Positions 33,890-38,742 of a stretch of 38,742 nt of DNA are shown here, piece after piece. The position numbers were made by a program, and so were the translations under genes. This stretch comes from Patescibacteria group bacterium (GTDB taxonomy: Bacteria; Patescibacteriota; Microgenomatia; UBA1400; PJMF01). Positions within the stretch are counted from its first letter, which is position 1, and every line of letters begins with the position of its first letter. Under the pieces are notes generated by a model. The model worked only from the letters and a program-made list of their open reading frames with translations. It ran no database searches and was not told the origin of the DNA. The stretch lies in assembly GCA_016861085.1 (NCBI GenBank), contig BOKR01000001.1:1057298-1096039 (forward strand), in the 5' to 3' direction.

Positions 33890-34452
33890 ACATCTTCCCC
33901 AAACCTAATTTGTAATTCACCATTCCAGATTTTATCAAGAATTGGCATATATTTTTGATTGAAAATTTCGCCATCTTGAATCATATGTTCTAACTCTGCC
34001 TTTGAAACAACTGCGACTGCTTCAACTTCTGATTCTTCAAAATTGATCTTCTCTCCATTGTATTGACCCACAAAATAATACATAAAATGAGATTCGTGGT
34101 CATATTCAAGATATTTTTTCATTAAAAACTGTAGCTGAATTCCTTCAAGCCCAAATTCTTCTTTCAGTTCTTCATACGCAGTTCTTTCTGGATCTCCTCC
34201 TGCGGGAATATGGCCAGCCAACAGTGACCACCAGCCAGGATGAACAGACTTATATTTACTTCTTTTTTGAATCACAACTCTCTTGTTTTTATCGAATAAT
34301 AAAACAGAAATTTCTCTATGAGTCAGTTTTGGATCTTTATTTGCGATTTCACGATTAATAGTTCCTAACACAACATCGTTATGATCAACTAAATCTAGTA
34401 TTTCTCGGGGTGAATTGGCTTTTTGAAACTGTTTTGTATCTGAAATACTCAT
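33886..34452 (-). CDS. Nudix-fold protein resembling type 1 isopentenyl-diphosphate isomerase, with Ala at the catalytic Cys position
   Basis: HREISVLLFDKNKRVVIQKRSKYKSVHPGWWSLLAGHIPAGGDPERTAYEELKEEFG aligns without gaps to my recollection of E. coli Idi: [58 protein letters not shown]. Lies within the mevalonate operon. Confidence 0.55.
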   Translation of the reverse strand: MSISDTKQFQKANSPREILDLVDHNDVVLGTINREIANKDPKLTHREISVLLFDKNKRVVIQKRSKYKSVHPGWWSLLAGHIPAGGDPERTAYEELKEEFGLEGIQLQFLMKKYLEYDHESHFMYYFVGQYNGEKINFEESEVEAVAVVSKAELEHMIQDGEIFNQKYMPILDKIWNGELQIRFGEDV

Positions 34453-34463
34453 ATTTGGAAAAA

Positions 34464-35477
34464 TTAAAATAGATGTTCTGAAATTTCTTTCGGCTTATCA
34501 CCAATTGTAGCTGTTAGTGTTTTTACTACCAGTGGTAAAGCAAAAAGCCTTTGATTCACTTCTGCCTCAAATTCCGGCAATGTCAAAATGTGCAAATTAA
34601 AACCCGTGTTAATTGTAAAATAGCACTCTATTCCTTCTTCACGCATTTTTTGCACTTCATGCATTACCTGGACAGTCCCGGGATACCATAATATAAGTGG
34701 AACTTCGCTGGTTAGCAAGATACTATGAAACTCTAATGCTTCTGCTTCAACTATTTTTCCAAGTTCAGTAAAATTCTTTTCCGCAATCGCTTGTTTAACC
34801 AGCTCAATTTTTTGTTTAATTCGATCTTGTCGCACTTTAAAAAATGGACTTGTTTGTGCAGTAGTATGCCCTTCAGTTGAACTAATTTTCTTTCTTCCTT
34901 CGTCAACAACTGCAACCACATCACGAATATCCCAATGCTCTTTGCTAAAAATAGTATGAGAATAAGAAGTATCTGAAGTATCACCATCAAGCCACTCAAC
35001 AAAGCCACCACAAACACACCTGCAAGCAGTTCCTGAAGCTTGACGTGATAAAATGCTCAGTTCTTTTTCAGATACATCCAAACCTAAAGCTCTTGCTGCA
35101 GCGTAAGTGAGAGCTGCCATTCCAGAACCAGAACTTGAAAGGCCAGTGCCCCTTGGAAAAGTGTTTTTTGACACAACTTTTGCAAACCAATTGGCCCCAG
35201 TTATTTTTCTTTCTTTAGCCAAGTCTCTCATTCTATCCAAATGCTTACTTACTCTTTGAGCTTCTATTGAAACATTCTCAATCTCTTCACCTTGAATAAA
35301 GACTTGATCTTGAATAAGATCTTCACGAAATTCAACAGTTGTAACAGTATCTAGTCCACTTAAAATAATTGAAATACTACCATTTTCTGGAAGTCTTAAT
35401 ACTTCATCTTTTTTGCCCCAATACTTTATGAGCGCAATGTCACTTGAAGCCTGTATCGTTGTTTTTTTCATAACCAT
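34464..35477 (-). CDS. mvaD: diphosphomevalonate decarboxylase
   Basis: SSDIALIKYWGKKD near the N-terminus and GTGLSSSGSGMAAL (GHMP motif). Confidence 0.85.
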   Translation of the reverse strand: MVMKKTTIQASSDIALIKYWGKKDEVLRLPENGSISIILSGLDTVTTVEFREDLIQDQVFIQGEEIENVSIEAQRVSKHLDRMRDLAKERKITGANWFAKVVSKNTFPRGTGLSSSGSGMAALTYAAARALGLDVSEKELSILSRQASGTACRCVCGGFVEWLDGDTSDTSYSHTIFSKEHWDIRDVVAVVDEGRKKISSTEGHTTAQTSPFFKVRQDRIKQKIELVKQAIAEKNFTELGKIVEAEALEFHSILLTSEVPLILWYPGTVQVMHEVQKMREEGIECYFTINTGFNLHILTLPEFEAEVNQRLFALPLVVKTLTATIGDKPKEISEHLF

Positions 35478-36472
35478 TATTCCTGAATTTCCTCTACTGT
35501 AACGCCAGCCGCTCCAATAGTTACATCAATAATTTTCCCGCCTATTTTTTCTAATGCTTTAATCACGTTTTCTTGAGCTTCTGGTGGCGCAATTGCTAAA
35601 ATACAATCTCCTCCAGCAGCTCCTGATGAGGTTGCTCCATACGCGCCAGCATCTAACGCAGCATTGATCAAATTCTCCAAACGATTGTTGCTAACCCCGA
35701 GTTCACGAGCACATTCTTGTGACTCATTAAATAAATCACCAATAGCTTTCCAGTTTTTTTGTTCAGCTAAGTTGCCAAATGCTTTTGCAATTGCCGCTAT
35801 GCGCTTAAAAATTGTGTCTATTCTCTCTGGGTCTTTATCTAACTTAGCATCAACCAACCGGATGAGTGTTGGCGTATCAGCTTTTTCTCCAGAATAGGCA
35901 ATAACAAGCGGAAAGTCTGAGAGACTAATAGGCTTAACCACTTTTGCAGGACTTACATAATAAAGTGTCCCTCCCCAAATGGCTGCTGCCAAATCATATC
36001 CTGACCCCACACCTTGTACTTCTGTGACTGCTTGGTAACACAAATCAAATAATTCTTGATTAGTTAGCTCGAGACCATATAAAGTTGTCAAAGCTTTAGC
36101 AAAGGCAACCGTAACTGCACTACTTGAACCAAATCCATACGTTGAAGAAAAATCACTTCGTGTTGTAACTATGATTCCTTCTTTTTGTGGATATTTCTCT
36201 AAAAAGTTTTTATACAAAATTTCTATAAATCGCACTGCCTTTGGCAAATCTTTTTTTCCCAAATCAGCCATCACTTTAGTGTATGAGGTCAGTCCTAAAT
36301 CAGGGGCATCAAGGTGAAATACATCAACGCCATTTTTTGTAACTGTAGCAAATAATCTTTGATCGACTGCCGTAACTATTGTTGGATAGCCATGAACAAC
36401 TGCATACCCTACAGAAAGCATTAACTTCCCTGGCGCAGATGCTGTTACTTGTTTTAACTCATTTTTCATCAT
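35477..36472 (-). CDS. mvaK2: GHMP kinase, probable phosphomevalonate kinase
   Basis: APGKLMLSVGYAVV N-terminus and GFGSSSAVTVA GHMP motif. Positioned between MVK and MVD. Confidence 0.65.
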   Translation of the reverse strand: MMKNELKQVTASAPGKLMLSVGYAVVHGYPTIVTAVDQRLFATVTKNGVDVFHLDAPDLGLTSYTKVMADLGKKDLPKAVRFIEILYKNFLEKYPQKEGIIVTTRSDFSSTYGFGSSSAVTVAFAKALTTLYGLELTNQELFDLCYQAVTEVQGVGSGYDLAAAIWGGTLYYVSPAKVVKPISLSDFPLVIAYSGEKADTPTLIRLVDAKLDKDPERIDTIFKRIAAIAKAFGNLAEQKNWKAIGDLFNESQECARELGVSNNRLENLINAALDAGAYGATSSGAAGGDCILAIAPPEAQENVIKALEKIGGKIIDVTIGAAGVTVEEIQE

Positions 36473-36490
36473 AATTCTTTCACAAACTCC

Positions 36491-37363
36491 CTATTGTACC
36501 TCAGTTACAAAATATTCCCAACCATTTTGAATGCAGAATTGTTCGACTCTGTTGAGATCTTCACTCCATGCTAAAATCCAACCAGATCCTGTCTGAACTC
36601 CACCAGCGCCAGTAATCTTGGCGTGAGCACCAATTTTTGTTAATTCATGAATGATCTTTTGTGCATGTTTACCAACCACTCCAAGTTTTTCTAATTCCTG
36701 TTCATTTTTATCTAATAACTCACCAGTAAAACTCTCAGAAACAAGTTGTGTTTGAATTTCTCGAGATATTTTTCCAATAGATTTGATTGTATCTAACACT
36801 GCTGGATTTTTTTTTAGAGTGTCTGAAACAAAGGTAACCATTTCTCCAGTCGACTCTGTAGCTTTTCCAGAGTTTACTAATAAAAACTTATATGAATGCG
36901 GAAATTGTATTTTTTGCTTGAAAAACGTTTTCTGTTGTAAATCTTTTTGAAACAGATGAACTCCCCCATACACTACTGCACAAGGATCAATCCCGCTCGG
37001 TTTTTTATGAATGAAAACTTCGGACTGATACACTAAATCAAACATTTCGTCTTTTGAAATAGTCTTTGAAAAATAATTCACCAATGCCTTAATCACCGCA
37101 TGTGCAAAAGCAGCTGATGACCCAAGACCAGAATTTTGGGGAATTTCTGAAACAGCACGAACCGACAATTTAGTGGTATCCACACCATATCTTTTTTCAA
37201 AAAGAGCAAAAATGTAAGCAGTATATTCAGAAATTTCTTGATTATCACCCTCAAGTAGCTCTACAGTTATGTGCTTGTCCAAGCCAGCAACAAGTGCTGG
37301 CTCTCCATAAACCACACTATGCTCACCAGTAAGAATAAATTTACCAATACTTGTTTGGTTCAT
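36491..37363 (-). CDS. mvaK1: mevalonate kinase
   Basis: GKFILTGEHSVVYGEPALV, GLGSSAAFA and KITGAGGV motifs. Confidence 0.8.
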   Translation of the reverse strand: MNQTSIGKFILTGEHSVVYGEPALVAGLDKHITVELLEGDNQEISEYTAYIFALFEKRYGVDTTKLSVRAVSEIPQNSGLGSSAAFAHAVIKALVNYFSKTISKDEMFDLVYQSEVFIHKKPSGIDPCAVVYGGVHLFQKDLQQKTFFKQKIQFPHSYKFLLVNSGKATESTGEMVTFVSDTLKKNPAVLDTIKSIGKISREIQTQLVSESFTGELLDKNEQELEKLGVVGKHAQKIIHELTKIGAHAKITGAGGVQTGSGWILAWSEDLNRVEQFCIQNGWEYFVTEVQ

Positions 37364-37439
37364 AAAAATAGTGACTACTTTGTATCTGTGTTAGTAATAG
37401 TCGTAAAAACCGATAAAAACCATGCAACAAAAACTAAAT

Positions 37440-37739
37440 TCAATTCAGTTTGCATGCTTTTAGTCCATATGGAATAATTCCAAACTGATCTGGTTGTGCT
37501 AATTTTCTTAGCTCTAATCTCACAGCGTCTCCAACTAAAAAATTAGTTTGAGCTTCACCCATAACTTCAATTTTTTCACCGGATTCTAACTGCACTAATA
37601 AAAAACAATATGGTAAAAATGATTCAAGCTCTTTTGTTGTAACTTCCAAACGAGTCGTGAGTAGCACTACTCCTGTTTTTCCTAAATGGTACTGCCATTT
37701 TTTGCTGTTTCGATGGTACTGTGCTGGATGAATATTCAT
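37440..37739 (-). CDS. DUF35-type OB-fold protein (thiolase/HMG-CoA synthase partner) lacking the Zn-ribbon
   Basis: 99 aa, TAATG-coupled to the thiolase. OB-like pattern GKTGVVLLTTRL...LVQLESGEKIEVMGE...VGDAVRLELR. No N-terminal CxxC pairs. Confidence 0.55.
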   Translation of the reverse strand: MNIHPAQYHRNSKKWQYHLGKTGVVLLTTRLEVTTKELESFLPYCFLLVQLESGEKIEVMGEAQTNFLVGDAVRLELRKLAQPDQFGIIPYGLKACKLN

Positions 37740-38742
37740 TAACTTTGCTCCATATATTTAGTTTGACTTACAATGTGTACCACTGCAGTTGCCCCACTTC
37801 CACCTACATTATGAGCCAAGGCGTACACTTTATCTTTTTTTTGTGTAAGTTGTTGCGATTGTAAGAGCTCTGCTAAAAAAGCAACTTGTTTTACTCCAGT
37901 TGCTCCAACTGGATGCCCACAAGCTTTTAACCCACCAGAAGGATTGATTATGACTTTTCCTCCAATTGTAGTATCACCTTTTTCAATTGCTGATCCTCCA
38001 TCACCTTTCTTGAAAAATCCCAAATCTTCAGTTGCTAAAATCTGTGCAATCGTAAAACAGTCATGAACTTCAGCATAGACAATATCTTGAGGCGTTATAC
38101 CAGCAGTTTGATATGCTTGTTGGGCAGCTAGTTTTGTTGCTAATAATTCCAGTAAACTTTCTCGCTCAGCTAAATTTATTGTGTCTTGGGCATGACCAAC
38201 TGCTTCGATAACTGGTTTATGCATAAACACTTTGCTCTTTTTTGTAGTGAGAATCACTGCACTTGCACCATCAGAAACTGGTGAACAATCAAGTAATCGC
38301 AATGGTTCTGCAATAACAGCACTTTTACTAACAACTTCAGCAGGAATTTCTTTTTGAAATTGGGCTTTTGTATTTGAAACAGCGTGAGTATGATTTTGGC
38401 TTGCAACTACAGAGAGTTGCTCGCGTGAAGTTCCAAAAGCCTGCATGTGAGCTTGAGCCAACAATGCATAAAGAGCTGGAAATGTGCTTCCATACTCTTT
38501 TTGGTACTCACTTGCTCCAGATAAGATTTTAGTTGTTGTTTGTGCAGAAACATCAGTCATCTTTTCCGCACCTACAACCAATACTGTTTTGTACTTTCCA
38601 GATTGAAGAGCTAACTCAGCTAATTCAAGAGCTATACTTCCAGATGCACATGCCGCCTCAACGCGGAAAGCTGGTGGCCTATGAGGAAGCATTTGGGCCA
38701 CAACAGCATTCAAATGTTCTTGATTAGCAAAACTTCCGCCTG
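37739..38742 (-). CDS. thiolase (acetyl-CoA acetyltransferase, archaeal-like); 5' end lies outside the window
   Basis: Active-site VEAACASGSIA, later CGHPVGATG and NVGGSGATAVV. The frame stays open through base 38742 (GGSFANQEHL...), so the listed TTG start is internal. Confidence 0.8.
   Translation of the reverse strand, partial: GGSFANQEHLNAVVAQMLPHRPPAFRVEAACASGSIALELAELALQSGKYKTVLVVGAEKMTDVSAQTTTKILSGASEYQKEYGSTFPALYALLAQAHMQAFGTSREQLSVVASQNHTHAVSNTKAQFQKEIPAEVVSKSAVIAEPLRLLDCSPVSDGASAVILTTKKSKVFMHKPVIEAVGHAQDTINLAERESLLELLATKLAAQQAYQTAGITPQDIVYAEVHDCFTIAQILATEDLGFFKKGDGGSAIEKGDTTIGGKVIINPSGGLKACGHPVGATGVKQVAFLAELLQSQQLTQKKDKVYALAHNVGGSGATAVVHIVSQTKYMEQS

Noticed and set aside
1-38742. 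CRISPR arrays, diversity-generating retroelement or retron (reverse transcriptase with template/variable repeats), rRNA genes and IS elements with terminal inverted repeats.
   Set aside because: No regularly spaced repeats are present and no intergenic gap exceeds about 280 nt. No ORF carries a YxDD-type RT motif or a DDE transposase signature.
1-38742. Alternative genetic code (UGA read as Gly/Trp, as in some CPR lineages).
   Set aside because: Genes with recognisable full-length homolog architecture end at TGA, TAA and TAG with normal lengths (for example TGA at 2359-2361 and 622-624). None needs stop read-through.

Overview
This window is AT-rich by eye and very gene-dense, with about 50 credible genes, short intergenic gaps and many 1-14 nt start/stop overlaps. 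From gene content I infer a Patescibacteria/CPR-like bacterium. The evidence is T4SS_pilin-like proteins with a GCI...IPGF tail, a VirD4-like ATPase, an ATP-dependent ligase, archaeal-style thiolase/DUF35 with mevalonate genes, and many small membrane-anchored orphan proteins.

Layout:
- 1-4.2 kb: orphan secreted and membrane proteins, a PH+SHOCT protein, and a structured leader.
- 4.25-9.1 kb: a mobile-element-like module on one strand. It holds a Zn-ribbon protein, an EndoVII/HNH-like nuclease, a 532-aa protein with degenerate PolA motifs, and a large serine recombinase. It ends on a tRNA-Ile with a UAU anticodon.
- 9.3-12.2 kb: MacAB-like adaptor, ATPase and permease.
- 12.7-20.7 kb: one minus-strand operon of pth, MFS, small ORF, NagZ-like, membrane ORF, lgt, DUF192, Q/P-rich ORF and VirD4/TraG-like ATPase.
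- 20.7-23.2 kb: GT2, alpha/beta hydrolase, GT2.
- 23.2-29.0 kb: ATP-dependent DNA ligase, Fic, NnrD, RecF and a cysteine-free MutY-like glycosylase.
- 29.4-33.1 kb: a SpoIID-like protein and two tandem pilin-like proteins.
- 33.2-38.7 kb: an isoprenoid operon of thiolase, DUF35, MVK, PMK, MVD, IDI-like Nudix and UppS.

The best candidates for something undescribed are the PolA-like plus serine-recombinase element and the dispersed VirD4-like/pilin-like apparatus. I saw no CRISPR array, rRNA or reverse transcriptase. All functional calls come from reading motifs by eye; no searches were run.
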